DNA of 64,000 bases. It comes from Octopus sinensis. Its lineage: Eukaryota. The notes beneath the pieces were generated by a model. The model ran no database searches. It was not told where the DNA came from and saw only the letters and a program-made list of their open reading frames with translations. The position numbers were made by a program, and so were the translations under genes. Positions within the stretch are counted from its first letter, which is position 1; each line of letters begins with the position of its first letter. The stretch is taken from NCBI RefSeq assembly GCF_006345805.1, contig NC_043003.1:46066001-46130000 (forward strand), in the 5' to 3' direction. This document shows positions 37,727 through 52,418 of the stretch, in pieces.

Positions 37727-38577
37727 GCATTTTTACATATTCCATTTTTCTCAAGACACTGCAATCAGAAACAATATTTTATAAGCCAGGTATTCTCTGT
37801 ATTCTATTTCATATGTCTGTGATATCTTCTAGTGATGAGGACTCTTTTGTTGTTTTTAGTTCTCTTGCCACATGCAATAAATATTATGGGCTCTACTTTG
37901 AATCATTGTGTTCTCAAATTATGTGATCCTATCCACTTATTTTTCTAGACATAGCAATTACTGCCCACGTGGATATTTTTGCTGACAACATTTTAAGCAT
38001 GGCAATTCGAAATACCAATTCCATTGTAGATTCTATTTTTTCATTTTTTATTTTTTCACATAGTTTCTATTGTTTCTCTGTCACTTCTCACAAATCTCTG
38101 TAACCCTCGCATCGGTTTTATATTCGATGTCCTCTTTGAAAACAAAAAAAAACAGATTTTGTTCTGCTCGTGTTCTTAGCTATTTGCATTGATTTCCCTA
38201 ATGGCGTTTTACCTTCGTTTAAATAGAAGAACCGATTTAAAATCGGCACTCCGTTTGTCTAGTTTAATTTCTCTAAACTAAATTTGAATCAATTCCTCAA
38301 AAGGATCTTATATTTCCAGTTGTTTGCTATCGACATTGGACAACTTGTGCCATTGATATATATGAAACAAATGTTTGATTATCGTCTCAAGGCATTTGTA
38401 TCTGCATCCAATCTGGTTCAGCAATTAATGCTGTTACCGCTAGGCAGAAAAGGAATTGAAAGAAGGACCCACATTATAATATTCCTCTTGTGTGAAATTC
38501 AATAATGTTATTCTCTTCCTTGTATATGATTCATTATCATATTCATAATAATATAAATGATATATTTTACCTTTTGT

Positions 38578-38763
38578 CTTTTTATTTGTTACAGCCATTA
38601 GACTGCAGCCATATTGGGGTACCATCTTGAAGAACTTTTAGTCGAATGAATTGGCCCCAGTACTAAGTTACGGGGACATAGACAAACACCGAATGTGAAC
38701 TGGGGGTGGGGGACAAACACAGACGCAAAGACACACCCACCCATATATATATATATATGTATA

Positions 38764-38809
<46 letters not shown>

Positions 38810-38965
38810 TACAAATCCGATGGACTTCTATTAGTTTCCGTCTACCAAATCCACTCTCAAGGCTTTTGGTCGACCTGTGGCTATAGTAAAAGACATTTAC
38901 CCAAGCGCCACACATTGGCACTGAACCTAGAAACATGTGGTTGGGAAGCAACCTTCTTACCACAA
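38578..38965 (-). mobile_element. SINE family C
   Basis: Reverse complement of head, internal (TA)/(GT)n and tail. Confidence 0.8.
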
Positions 38966-39182
38966 AACATTCATGCTTCTGGAATCCACGCATGGAACAA
39001 TGACAAAACCTTCTGGTAAGTAAGCCAGATCTTGGGCAGAAGACACTTTTGTTTTGATTTACTGTTTATTGGTCTCTAATTCATGATTAAAACTATCATA
39101 CATAAGCCTTTCTACAATCATTCCTTTTCCGGATGTTGTTTGTTGTCAGTTATTGCCGTTAAGACTTTGTAAACTGTATGTC

Positions 39183-39374
39183 AGTACTCTTTTACTCTTT
39201 TGCTTGTTTCAGTCACTTGAATCTGGCCATGTTGGAGCACCGCCTTTTAGTCGAGCAAATCGACCCCAGGACTTATTCTACCGGTCTCTTTCTCCGAACC
39301 GTTAAGTTACGGGGACGTAAACACACCAGCATCGGTTGTCAAGTGATGTTGGAGGGACAAATACAGACACACAA

Positions 39375-39421
<47 letters not shown>

Positions 39422-39692
39422 TATATGTATATATATATGTATATATATGTATATATATATATGTATATATATGTATATATATGTCTATATATATATGTAT
39501 ATATATATGTATATATGTATATATATACATACATACATACATACGACGGGCTTCTTTCAGTTTCCGTCTACCAAATCCACTCACAAGGTTTTGGTCGGCC
39601 TGAGGCTATAGTAGAAGACATTTGCCCAAGTTTCCACGCAGTGGGACTGAACCCGGAACCATGTGGTTGGAAAGCAAGCTACTTACCACACA
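39183..39692 (-). mobile_element. SINE family C, well conserved
   Basis: The reverse complement ends GGCGGTGCTCCAACATGGCC...GTGACTGAAACAAGCAAAAGAGTAAAAGAG. Confidence 0.88.
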
Positions 39693-40379
39693 TCCGCTCT
39701 TATTTATGATCCTGTAATATTTGGTGTCTTGCTCCCCCTTTATATGACGAGTTTCCTCTCGATGAACCATTTGTGATCTTTGTGTTCTCTTTTACACTTT
39801 CAGTTGTTGTTAAATAACTTGGTTAGTACTTTATATGCGCTGATTAAATGTTCTAACTTGAAAATTCAGAATCCTGTCAATTCCTGGCTCTTTGAAATTT
39901 TGAATTGTTTTATTTATTGTGTTTGAGCAATTTCTGTTACTGTAGCCCTTCACAATTGTCTAAGTTCTACACTTGTTGTTTTGGAAACATCTATCTACGG
40001 AAGCGAGCACAGTCCATATTCCTCTACATAACTGTTCTACTTTATTTTTGTTGTTTTTGCATTGCATATCACAATTAGTTGATTTAATTTTTGTTATTAC
40101 TAAATTATTGATGAAATCGTTTTGGATTAGGGTTACACTGTTGTATTTCGCTTCATCCCTTTTATCTTTATTCAAACATTGCTGTCACTTTTGGGGGCAC
40201 ATTTCCTTTTCTATCTGCTGTTTTTTATTTTATTATTATTTTTTTTCGATTGAGGGTCTCTAATTTTAGAGGCTCTTCCATTTGGAGTAAGGTTTTAAAC
40301 ATATCTATTCGATTTTTCTATCTCCATCTTTCATCCTTACTGTCTCAGTCTGTCTCCCTATCTATTATCTATCTATCTA

Positions 40380-40418
<39 letters not shown>

Positions 40419-40516
40419 ATATATATATATATCTGTCTGTCTGTCTGTCTATCTGTCTGTCTGTCTATCTATCTCTCTATACATATATCTACCTTTCTTT
40501 CTATATGTCTACCTAC

Positions 40517-40553
<37 letters not shown>

Positions 40554-40554
40554 C

Positions 40555-40608
<54 letters not shown>

Positions 40609-41559
40609 GTCTGTCTGTTTGTCTGTCTGCCTGCCTGTGTGCCTGTGTGCACGTCTATCTGTCATTTACTTGCTTTCAATAAGGATTCAGAGTAATCTTT
40701 TATATCATTTTCTTTCACTGCATATTTGTTTACTACGTTTTAAATATTCTTTGTGACGATTCGACCTGCTACAGAGATTATTTAGTTTATATCGATGATT
40801 CTGATGGTTGCATTTGTTTTCATTAAATCAACGACAAGCTGGTCTCCATTTTGTGTTTTGCTGTTGTTCTTTTTTATTTTTGTCGCTTTTTATACTTAAA
40901 CTTTATCTTTCGACGAGTCTACCATTCATCCATAGGAAGATCTATCGATTTTAATTTCTTTCACTATTCCCACATTTAAATTATTGTCATATTCAAAATT
41001 TCCACATTTAGAATTTTTTTATAATCATTTTATCCTTTTTGTTTTTTGTTTGTTTTTTACCATTTTAATTCTTCGCTTTTTTTTTTATCAATATTCTGTA
41101 GGTATGCTATGGATTGATTTTATTGCTTGCGCGCTTGTGAATGCATGTCTAAGCGAGATGGAATGGGAGAGAGACAGTGTATCTTAATTCATTTGACTCG
41201 GTTTGCATATGCTATGTCTATTCTCAGGATGTACGTTGTCAATATTTATACTGTTATTTATCATTCGCATATTCTCGTTATTTGCATTCTCTTCATGTTT
41301 TTCTTTTTGCCCTCAGATTTCATTTTGTCTGCATGTTCTTTAAGCGTTCTACATCTATGGCTGATAACATTTCGATTTTCAGAATGTACGTTATATAATT
41401 TACTAATCTGTTATTGGGCGGCTCGAACTTACTTTTACACCAGATTTACTTTCTCTTCAAATATTAAATCTGTACAAATATTAAATCTGTTTCTAGTTAC
41501 AGGAAGAATGTTGCTGTAGAACATGTATGTAGTAAGGTAACAATATCACTCTCGTGGAC

Positions 41560-42075
41560 ATTTATGAGTGACTGCTTTTGCTGCGAGACTTGTGGAGTCA
41601 AGTCTGACCATGTATTTAGATTCATATTACTATTTAAAGACGCATTTGTTATCTGTTAATGGTTGACAAGGCCAGATACCTTAAGTTAAAAAACGGATAA
41701 TTGAAGAAAGAGCACGGGAGACTGATTATAGCCACATAAGAACAGCTCTAAGGATAAACTGGACCAAGAGAATGGCCAAATCTGGTCATGTATTTAGATT
41801 CATATTATTGTTTAAATACGCATTTGTTATCTGTTTAGGGATGACGAGGCCAGATACCTTAAGTTAAAAAAACAGAGAATTGAAGAAAGAGCATGAGAGA
41901 CTGATTATAGCCACATAAGAACAGCTCTAAGGATAAGCTGGACCATGAGAATGATCGATCAGCTGGACTGTTCAACCAGTTACAAAACTGCGTGGCAATG
42001 TAGATGAGGCTATGGATATTCACAAGATACACACAGCTTGCTCAAAAAGAGTACGAGACATAAAATTGGGACAAT
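41560..42075 (+). pseudogene. Degraded RLE-type LINE fragment (pre-zinc-knuckle region) with a 178-bp tandem duplication
   Basis: RLIIAT*EQL (~EGLIIAAQDQAL) appears twice and QLAQKEY once. The duplicated unit is 41603-41773 and 41781-41953. Confidence 0.55.
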
Positions 42076-42086
42076 ATATTGTAATT

Positions 42087-42380
42087 AAGGCGGCGAACTA
42101 GCAAAATTGTTACCACGCCAAACAAATGCTTAGCGGCATTTTGTCCGTCTTGACGTTCTGGATTCAAATTGTGAAGAGGTTAACTTACCTTTTCATCCTT
42201 TCGGGGTCGATAAAATAAATAGCAGTGAGCACTGGGGCCGATGTAATTAACTTCTCCACTCCCACCGAAGTTGCTGGCCTAAAAGACACTGGCCCAAGGT
42301 GACACACAGTGGGACTGAACCTGATACTATGTGAATGTGAAGCAAGTTTCTTACCACACAGCCAGGCCTGCGCCTATGGT
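42087..42380. mobile_element. SINE A (+) abutting a SINE C head (-)
   Basis: AAGGCGGCGAACTAGC...core at 42087-42280; reverse-complement C head at ~42283-42378. Confidence 0.78.
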
Positions 42381-43045
42381 GTTGATGATTATAATGATAA
42401 TAGCAATGATAAATGTTACGATGGGTTTACAGACTGGTGAGTAAATCATTATCGTTTTTCGCTTTCTTGAGGGACAAGGATGTCACAAAAATGAGAAACT
42501 GTGCAATGTGTCAGCGTCTATTTGAATATCGAAGGAAACACGAAGCATCGGTTTGGTAAATCCCCTGGAGACTGATAGCCGAATAACACAAATTGCAATA
42601 TTTTAAAAACACGCTCTCTAGAGATCTGAACACTTCAAACGACAGAGCACAATTTCTAACTTTAAAATATCTGCCCTATTCGACATGATGGTTGAAGGAA
42701 AATTATTACAGAGATGCGCTGATAAATTATAGAAATTTATTCATAGCGTTAAAGGTGGTGTGAAGAAGTGTAGAATAAGGAGGGGTGGAGAAAGAAAGGT
42801 ATGAGATGAATAGAAAAAAAGTGGGATATAGAGACAGAAGGAGAGGAAAAGAGGAAGGAAGAATGAGTGTGTGTGTGTGTGGTGCGTATGTGTGTGAGTG
42901 TGTGTGGTGCGTATGTGTGTGGGTGTGTGTGTATGTGTGTATGTGTGTGTGTGTGTAAAATAAAAGAGATAGGTGAAGTGAAATACAATTCGAATTATGA
43001 GTATGAAGAGAATGATACTGTGAGATTAATCATTAAGAGAAACGA

Positions 43046-43093
<48 letters not shown>

Positions 43094-43279
43094 CATAGAG
43101 AGAGAGACGGAGAGAGAGAGAGAGATACATACATTTATATATATATATATATTATATATATATATTATATATATATATAGACTTACATACGAGAGCAGAG
43201 GTGACAGGGATGATGTATCATGTGAGAGAAGAGTAACCAAAGACAGAGTTTGTAGACAGACAGATAGATAGATAGATAG

Positions 43280-43343
<64 letters not shown>

Positions 43344-43592
43344 GGGGGACTTGAGAGAGACAGTGAAAACACAAAGAGAATGATTGTGGACTCGTCCTCT
43401 CTTATTTTCTCCATGAAATTGAAAGAACATTCAGTGAAAGGACGAGAGGATTGGAAAGAAAGAAGAGGATTGGAAGAGAAGCAAGAAAATACAGCTCAAA
43501 TATCAATAGAGAAAGGTGCAGAGAGAGAGAGAGAACTACTTAGATATTTGAGAGAATATTTAAGGCAAGAAAACTTAATATATTAAAAAGGT

Positions 43593-44105
43593 AAGGCGGC
43601 GAGCTGGCAGAAACGTTAGCACCCCGGGCGAAAAGCGTAGCCGGATTAAGTCGAAGTAATCGACTTAATCCGTTTGTCTGTCCTTGTTTGTCCCCTCTGC
43701 GTTTAGCCCCTTGTGGGTAGTAAAGAATAGGTATTTCGTCTGCCGCTGCGTTCTGAGTTCAATTTCCGCTAGGGTCGACTTTGCCTTTCATCCTTTCGGG
43801 GTCGATTAAATAAGTACCAGTTACGCACTGGGGTTGATGTAATTGACTTAACCCCCTTGTCTGTCCTTGTTTGTCCCATCTATGCTTAACCCCTTGTGGG
43901 CAATAAAGAAATAAGAAAGGTTAGCACGCCGGGCGAAATTCTTATTGGTATTTCGTCTGTCTTTACGTTGAGTTCAAATTTGGCCGAAGTCGACTTTGTC
44001 TATCATCCTTTTGGGGTCGAAAATTTAAGTACCAGCTGCATACTGGAATCATTCTATTCGACTGGCCGCCTCTCCCAAAATTTCGGGCCTTGTACCTAGA
44101 GCAAA
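43593..44105 (+). mobile_element. Cluster of SINE family A copies
   Basis: Head, tail and core repeated head-to-tail. Confidence 0.87.
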
Positions 44106-44460
44106 AAATTCCCCAAGTTTTACTCCCCTTTTTTTTCCTGATCTCTACCACAGGGCTGTGGGCGGCATGTAAGCCACCCCAATATGGCTAAGGAAACTTA
44201 ACTGTCTCTTACCTCAACATATGTTCTGTCAAGCACAAGTTATCTATCCCACCCGAGTGATCTTACAGTGCGCTCGTTCACCAGTTCGAGTTTTTAAATG
44301 TCGGCACGGTCTGTCATCCGTTTGTCATTGAAGCTACGATGAGCTCATCCGTCCTTTAGTTAACCCGGTACACGTGGTTGGGTCGACAATGATTAAAGCT
44401 CTACACAACCAGATTGGTATGATGACGAAATTTACTAAAATTTAGCAACACGCGCGTACA

Positions 44461-44493
<33 letters not shown>

Positions 44494-44646
44494 TGAAATA
44501 TTCAGAAAGTTTAATTTCTCAGCTTTACAAACGCACCGAGTTCTCTGAGGTAATCATACTTAGTATATTGTGCTTGAATATTTATATGCGAATGTGCATG
44601 TTTACATATGTATCTTTGTACTCTCTCACACACACACAGAGGCATA

Positions 44647-44742
<96 letters not shown>

Positions 44743-44774
44743 GTCTATCTATCTATCTATATATATATATATAT

Positions 44775-44838
<64 letters not shown>

Positions 44839-45496
44839 GTATGTGTGTGTGCGTGCGCACAAATACGTATGCATATACACACATTCGCACACGTTGCTGC
44901 ACGCACACCTTAAGTATTTCCATACTTATTTTTCCTTTCCTCTGTAGCATTTGCTCTACCACTTTCAGTATGTATATATATACAACCATATGTGGATGTG
45001 GGTATATATATATATATATGAATGTATGCACACTTATGTATGTATGTCTGAACGTATTTATGTATGTACGTATAGAGGAAGAGAATTATTGCCTAACGTT
45101 TAATATATACTCGAAATATTTAATTGTTCTGTAGTAATGACATTCAATCCTACCTTTGATCTAACAATTAGTTAATCACCTGATTTACACCCCTGCCCCT
45201 CTTAAGATTCCATGTTATGTGTCAACTTAGCAGTCTATCTCCTGCAACCATATGCAATCCAGTTCATTTCCAGATCTTTCTTACATATATCAGTCTGCAG
45301 AAATGGACGCTGAACATAAAAATTCGTTGATCCCCCAGTATAGTATTTTCTGCAATGTTTATGAGCACAATACTTCCTCTTCTCACTAAAAATTGAAATA
45401 TATCTCCCGATATGAACTCAGATATACTTGTTTGATATATAGGGATGTGGGAGATAAATGTATTGTAGCTAAGAGATGTTGTTTATATAAAAAGGA

Positions 45497-45819
45497 GCAC
45501 TCCGTCGATTAGAACGACGAGTGTCCCAGCTGATACGATCAACAGAATAGCTTCCCCGTCAAATTAACGTGCAAGTGGCTGATCAATCCACAGACACATG
45601 TACCCCTAACATAGTTCTCAAGGAGATTCAGCGTGTCACACAATGTGACAAGGCTGGCCCTTTGATGTACAGGTACAACTCATTTTTGCCAGCTGAGTGG
45701 ACTGGAGCAACGTGAAATAAAGTGTCTTTTCTCAAGGACAAAACGCGTCGCCGGGAATTGAATTCACGACATTACATTCATGAGTCGAATGCTCTAACCA
45801 CTAAACCACGACCCTTCAC
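45497..45819 (-). mobile_element. SINE family B, tail type 1
   Basis: Reverse complement collinear with 19411-19731. Confidence 0.87.
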
Positions 45820-46914
45820 TGTTTATATATAGATATAGATGCTGCAGTAATGAAAAACTACTATTGCGACTAGTTCCTCAAATGAATGAATTGTTAAGGA
45901 ATCTGCCTCCCAATCCTAGTTCGATCCTACAGCATGATCCTACAGTTCGATCCTACAGCATGATGCTTGGACAAGTGTTTTATACCATATCCTCTAGTCG
46001 ACCTGTTACATGGGTGAAACTGGGTCGGGCAAATCTATGAGGAATTCAAAGGTTCGGCTTTGTCATATTTTGTAACATAATTTCTGCTTAAGGTTTGCAT
46101 AACGAATACACTTGTTAATCGACTACTCATCCAATTGCACGATATATCAATATGATCCAACACCTGAATATCCATCGTTGAAAGTAGCAGACATGCAATT
46201 CTCTTATAAACAACCATCTGGCATTTCTTTCCTTTTGTTTTTAATTCGATGCTACCCTTTTAGCTTTTATTTTAATCTGACAACAGCTTCGACACCCATA
46301 GACGTTCCGTGCCTCCCCCAATAAGACGCAACTACTGTGAATAATGTTTAGATTAAATTTCTATAAAAGGGGGAAATTTTGATGAAGTTTTAAATAAAGT
46401 CTTCAATGATATCTTAATTCAAAACTTGTAGGGTGAAACATAAATAAGTGTGCTGAGGAGCAAAATTTTGTTCTCGATAGTGTAACTTAATCAAAGTCAG
46501 CACATTTGAGTAGACCTCTGGTGAGAAAAATTCCACCTGTGAATATCTCACCGTCAGAATTATAGGCTTAGTGTCCCACGGAACAAATTATTCGGTAAGG
46601 TGTAACTTGAAGAGGTGGGTAGCTTCTATTTCTAACAGTTCGGATAATCACGTGGTGGTAGCCGATGTTGGTGCTTAGGAAAGAAGATTCATAAATCGAA
46701 TTATACAACCGAGAAAATCGATGACAGCATTTAGTAAGTCATTGAAAGGATTCCATCGATGAGTTAGTAGCAGATGTATAGTATTTTCTTCGATGATTTG
46801 GAACAGTGCTTCTCAAATATTTGAAACTATATCTCCCCACTTTCTTTTGCTTATACAGCTTTTGAAAGCCTCCTTTCTACAATTGCTTCTTCCTATATGT
46901 AATGTATATACACG

Positions 46915-48320
46915 TAATATCGGTTTCAAATTGCGGCACACTGCCAAAACTTTTGGGGGAGGGTTACGTCGATTACATCGACCCCGGTATTCAACTGGTA
47001 CTTATTTTATCCACCCCGAAAGTATGAAGGGCAAAGTCCAACCCGACAGAATTCGAACTCTGAAAAAGTTCTATTTTTTTCCGCCGCAATTTTTCCCGAC
47101 GTACTAACGATACTGCCAGCTCGCTGCCTGATATATACGCAATATCAAGGCACAAGAAGGCAGTGCAAGTCGAGAAAAATGCTTAGCGACATTTCGTCCG
47201 TCTTTACGTTCTGAGTTCAAATTCCACCGAAGCTAACTTTCATCCTTTCGGGATTGATACGATAAATACCACTTGGTCACTGAGGTCGATGTAATACCCC
47301 GAAATTGTTGGCCTGGAGCCAAAATTTGAAACCAATATCAAGTTACAGTAATTTACATCCGGGTACTAGTCTGGCGCGGATGACTACTGACCACATCACT
47401 ACAGTATTATAAGCAAACAACATACGCATTAGAAAGGATGTAATCGATTTTGTTTATTTATTTATACATATTTCCATGGCTATTATAATTGTTGAAGAAA
47501 AGGCTGCGAGCTGGCAGTAGCGTTAGTATGCCGGGCGAAATGCGTAGCCGTATTTCGTCTGCCGTTACGTTGTGAGTTCAAATTCCGCCGAGTTCGACTT
47601 TGCTTTTCATCCTTTCGGGATCAATTAAATAAGTACCAGTTACGCACTGGAGTCGATATAATCGACTTATTCCGTTTGTCTGTCTTTGTTTGTCTCCTCT
47701 GTGTTTAGCCCCTTGTGGGTAGTAAAGAAATAGGTATTTCGTCTGTCTTTACGTTCTGAGTTCAAATTCCGCCGAGGTCGACCTTGCCTTTCATCCTTTC
47801 GGGGTCGATTAAATAAGTACCAGTTGGGTACTTGGGTCGATCTAATCGACTGGCCCCCCCTCTCCAAAAATTTCGGGCCGTATGCCTAGAGTAGAAAGAA
47901 TCGTTAGAATGCTGGAGATAATGCTTAACAACTTTCCCTCCAAGTTCTGATTTCAAATTCTGCCCAGTCGACTTTGTCTTGCGTCCTCTCGGGATCGATT
48001 ATAGAAGTACGAGATGAGCACGAGGGTCAATGAAATCGACAAGACACCTCCCCCAAAATTTCTGGCCTTGTGCTTATAGTAGAAAACATTATTGTTGATT
48101 ATAATGCGGCAGACTGGCAGAGTTATTAGCACGCTGGACAAAATGCTTAGCGGCCTTTCATCCGTCTATTCGTTCTGAGTTCAAATTCCACCGAGGTAGT
48201 AGACTTTATATTTCATTCTTTCAGGATCGATGAAAGAAGTACCAGTCGAGTACTCAGGTGCATAATATCGACTTGCCCCTTCCCCTAAATTTGTTGACCT
48301 TGTGCCTAAATTTGAAACAT
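46915..48320. mobile_element. SINE family A cluster (one - copy, then about five + copies)
   Basis: Reverse copy at 46915-47130; forward copies from ~47150, 47499, 47735, 47900 and 48103. Confidence 0.85.
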
Positions 48321-48741
48321 TCATTATTGTTGATGTTGTCATTGATATTGTTGATGTTGTCATAGAGAGGTAGCTTATCGTAATATTACATTTTTAAAAA
48401 ATGTTCAAGTTAAAAGGAGGCAACATCTTGAAAAACTACACATCTATCACTTTACTTACGGCTTCCTTCATTTCCAGTACCCATACAAAATTCTTTCTCT
48501 GATATTTTACATAGTTCAATCTGCAAAAGTTAATGTGTATTAAACAAAATAAGAATTTTGAAAGGAATATCTAGAAAACTAGCTTTTAAGCATCGAATGG
48601 TTATGGAGGTGCACGAGAATAAAATAGTAATCAAAAGGGACATTAGATAAAAAAATAAGTTGAGAACTCCTACATCTGTTCTGTTCGAGCTCAATTTTGT
48701 TCAAATAACCGTGATAATCCCATTATATTTCCAGATATTGT

Positions 48742-49118
48742 AGGCGTAGGAGTGACTGTGTGGTAAGTAGCTTGCTTACGAACTACATGATTCCAGGTTC
48801 AGTCCCACTGCGTGGCACTTTCCGCAAGTGTCATCTACTATAGCCTCGGGCTAACCAAAGCCTTGTGAGTGGATTTGGTAGACGGAAACTGAAAGAAGCC
48901 CGTCGTATATATGTACGTATGTATGTATGTATATATATATATATATATATATAGGCGCAGGAGTGGCTGTGTGGTAAGTAGCTTGTTTACCAACCACATC
49001 GTTCCGGGTTCAGTCCCACTGCGTGGCACCTTGGGCAAGTGTCTTCTACTATAGCCTCGGGCCGACCAAAGACTTGTGAGTGGATTTGGTAGACGGAATC
49101 TGAAAGAAGCCCGTCGTA

Positions 49119-49170
<52 letters not shown>

Positions 49171-49402
49171 TGTGTGTGTTTGTATGTCTGTGTTTGTCCC
49201 CCTAGCATTGCTTGACAACCGATGCTGGAGTGTTTATGTCCTCTTTACTTAGCGGTTCGGCAAAAGAGACCGATAGAATAAGTACTGGGCTTACAAAAGA
49301 ATAAGTCCCGGGGTCGAGTTGCTCGATTAAAGGTGGTGCTCCAGCATGGCTGCAGTCAAAAGACTGAAACAAGTAAAAGAGTAAAAGAGTAAAAGAGAGT
49401 AT

Positions 49403-49444
<42 letters not shown>

Positions 49445-49673
49445 TGTGTGTGTTTGTATGTCTGTGTTTGTCCCCCTAGCATTGCTTGACAACCGATGCT
49501 GGAGTGTTTATGTCCTCTTTACTTAGCGGTTCGGCAAAAGAGACCGATAGAATAAGTACTGGGCTTACAAAAGAATAAGTCCCGGGGTCGAGTTGCTCGA
49601 TTAAAGGTGGTGCTCCAGCATGGCTGCAGTCAAAAGACTGAAACAAGTAAAAGAGTAAAAGAGTAAAAGAGAG

Positions 49674-49745
<72 letters not shown>

Positions 49746-49754
49746 ATATATATA

Positions 49755-49816
<62 letters not shown>

Positions 49817-50040
49817 CGTGTATATGTTTGTGTGTCTGTGTTTGTCCCTCCAACAACGCTTGACAACCGATGCTGCTGTGTTTACGTCCCCGTAACTTAG
49901 CGGTTCAGCAAAATAGGCCGATAGAATAAATACTAGGCTTACAAAGAAAAAGTCCTGGGGGTCGATGTGCTCGACTAAAGGCGGTGCTCCAACATGGCCA
50001 CAGTCAAATGACTGAAACAAGTAAAAGTGTAAAAGAGTAA
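48742..50040 (+). mobile_element. SINE family C cluster including a duplicated 3' half
   Basis: Heads at ~48742 and ~48953; 3' halves at 49168-49400, 49442-49674 and ~49800-50040. Confidence 0.9.
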
Positions 50041-52361
50041 ATCAGTTGAGCTGAGGTAGAACTGAAGTTACTTATACTGTGCAAAATATCTATGAATTGA
50101 AGCAGGTAACCAGTTATGTTCTATATCGCGTATCATTTTGAATATTTCCCGCTTTAATCACAACTGACCTTCACAGAAATGTATAAATCCTAACGGAAGT
50201 TTTTAACGTATTCTTGTTTGAAATGTGTGAATGTATTCAATATTTGTATTAATTCTGGAATTTATCCCAACCAGTCCTTCCTATAGATGACATTGTAAAT
50301 TATTTTCGCGGCAGTATTATGCGACACAGGAAGTTAATATCTTTATTGAATTTTAGGAATGTTACTGATTGTATATGAAATATATTTGCCAACTCTGTGA
50401 CATAATATGCATTTTACAGCCGCATTTTAAGAGATTAGAGGTTTCGCGCACATCTCCATCACTCTCTTTGCCCCCTCCCTTTCTCTTTCTCTTTCTTCTC
50501 AACCCCTAACACTGTCTCGTTTAGCTTATGTTATGTAGTTCTGTTTTTCTCTGATATTTAGTATTTGTTTATTTTAATTTAAAATTCATAGTTAAATTAG
50601 TTAAGACACTTCGTCGAAATGGGGCATATTTAGCCTCAATGTGGATACAACTCGAAGTTCAGGAGTTACACATATCATCAACTGACGAGTGTTTTAAATG
50701 GAGTTAACTCCTGACTTGAAAAGGTCTTTTTCACTCCTCACTTGACTAACTAACTGATGCCTTTCTATTTATCTTGCTGTTGTTTAACGTGTAATTTGAT
50801 TTATATCATATGACAGATTTTTAATCCGACGCCACTACACATGTTCTTTCGTTTGACGGGAATGATGTCTATACCCCCATTTCTCTGCAAGATTCCATTT
50901 GATTTAAAGAATGTTGCGGGTGTTAATATCGATGGAGTGGTTTCCCTCTGTAAGTTAAGTCAACTACATGCTAGTATTGTCACTGGAAAAGCGAAGTGAA
51001 TCCATTGGAGTTCATTTTCTTTTAGTATGAGAAAATCAGCGACTGTTAGATATTTTAGACTTACTGCAATAATTTTTTTATCAGTGTCTGGTCACAACGT
51101 CTTTACATGATATATTTTCGTCCATATTTAGATTATTTACAGCCCATATCATTAGTAAATTGGATGACAAACAGGGATGTATAGAAAAAGATGGGGAGAG
51201 AGAGGGAGAGAAAGAGAAACAACAGAATAGAAACCATTCTCGTCTGTTCATGTAAGTGAATCTCTAAATATATTTCTTTTTTTTATATCTGATATTCTAT
51301 ATTAATATTTCTTATATCAGCTACAACCGTTCTTGTTGAATGTAATACATGTTGTGTAGATCATTAGATCATCAGCCAATAAATTATGAGTTTCATGGCG
51401 TTTCTTCTTTCAGAAGACTCTCGGAATTTTATAAATTGTTCCTAAAGAAGTGGATTCAGTGACAAAATAAAGAGAAGCATCAACAGATTCTCCTCACAGA
51501 ATATTTTCTTTTGAAAGTTTTATGACTTTGGAGATATATGCTTTTAGCTTAGAAGGACAAGGATGATTAACCAGGTATCTTTTAGCCTTTCTGTAAAGTA
51601 GTAGCTGGGGGAGGAAATAATTTCGACAAATGGAATCATCATCACGGGAAGGGAATAGAGTCAAATGTCTTCCTGCAATGAAGTCATAACATATTACTAA
51701 GCATCCATAGTGCTTTTTTTGTTTCTTATCAAATTTTTATTTAACTGATGAGACCAGATTTATGTATTAAAAGTTCTTCAGTACCCCCACCCACACCCAC
51801 ACCCACACATAACCTCTTCCTGCTTGAACTTCCCATGGTCTTGCGAAGTTAGCTGAGACAACTTATGTAAAACTTATTACAACATGTTTAAGCAGGCAGT
51901 AGACCTGAAATTTTCTGATAAATAGTTGTTTTCATATAAACTCGTTTGATATATTAATTTGACCTCCCATAGTTCTTTTAAATATACAGGTGAGTAGTCT
52001 TCTGCAACATAGCATCGTCTTATACTAATATCTAACTATTAAGTATCTTCCATTATGCAACTTTCTTGCGTCTTTAATGAAACTTTCAGAGTTCATAAAG
52101 TTTTACTTTTTGATGTTGGTACAATATATTCTCCTCATTGTATTCAACCATGATGTATTATGGTTGAAATGATTTTCTTTTTAATTTCTTAGATATTACA
52201 CCAAATAGATTTCATATCTTTTTCAAAAGAGAATCGTTTATTTATATTTTTATCGCAGATGAAACTTTTAAATCTCTGATATATAGCTTGCAGGAAAGAT
52301 ACATACTTGTGGCTACATGCATATGTGCAATTATTTCTGTTTCTCTCTCTTTCTCTCCCTT

Positions 52362-52418
<57 letters not shown>

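Larger units (their letters stand above)
37540..40260 (-). pseudogene. Heavily degraded RLE-type (R4/Dong/NeSL-like) LINE RT, interrupted by two SINE C insertions
   Basis: Collinear remnants on the minus strand: [48 protein letters not shown] (~WIDYKKAFDSVPHSWI), RGIL*CGSFFQFLFCLA (~RGIFQGDSLSPLLFCLA), IIKHLF, KLDK and ISTWAV. There are many stops and shifts. Confidence 0.68.

Noticed and set aside
46465-46500. CTGAGGA followed by a hairpin and GATA
   Set aside because: It lacks GAAA and stems I and III.
50655-50720. CTGACGA inside a 13-14-bp hairpin (AAGTTCAGGAGTTA/TAACTCCTGACTT)
   Set aside because: No stem II closes onto GAAA and there is no stem III or NUH site; the stem is too short for a confident pre-miRNA.
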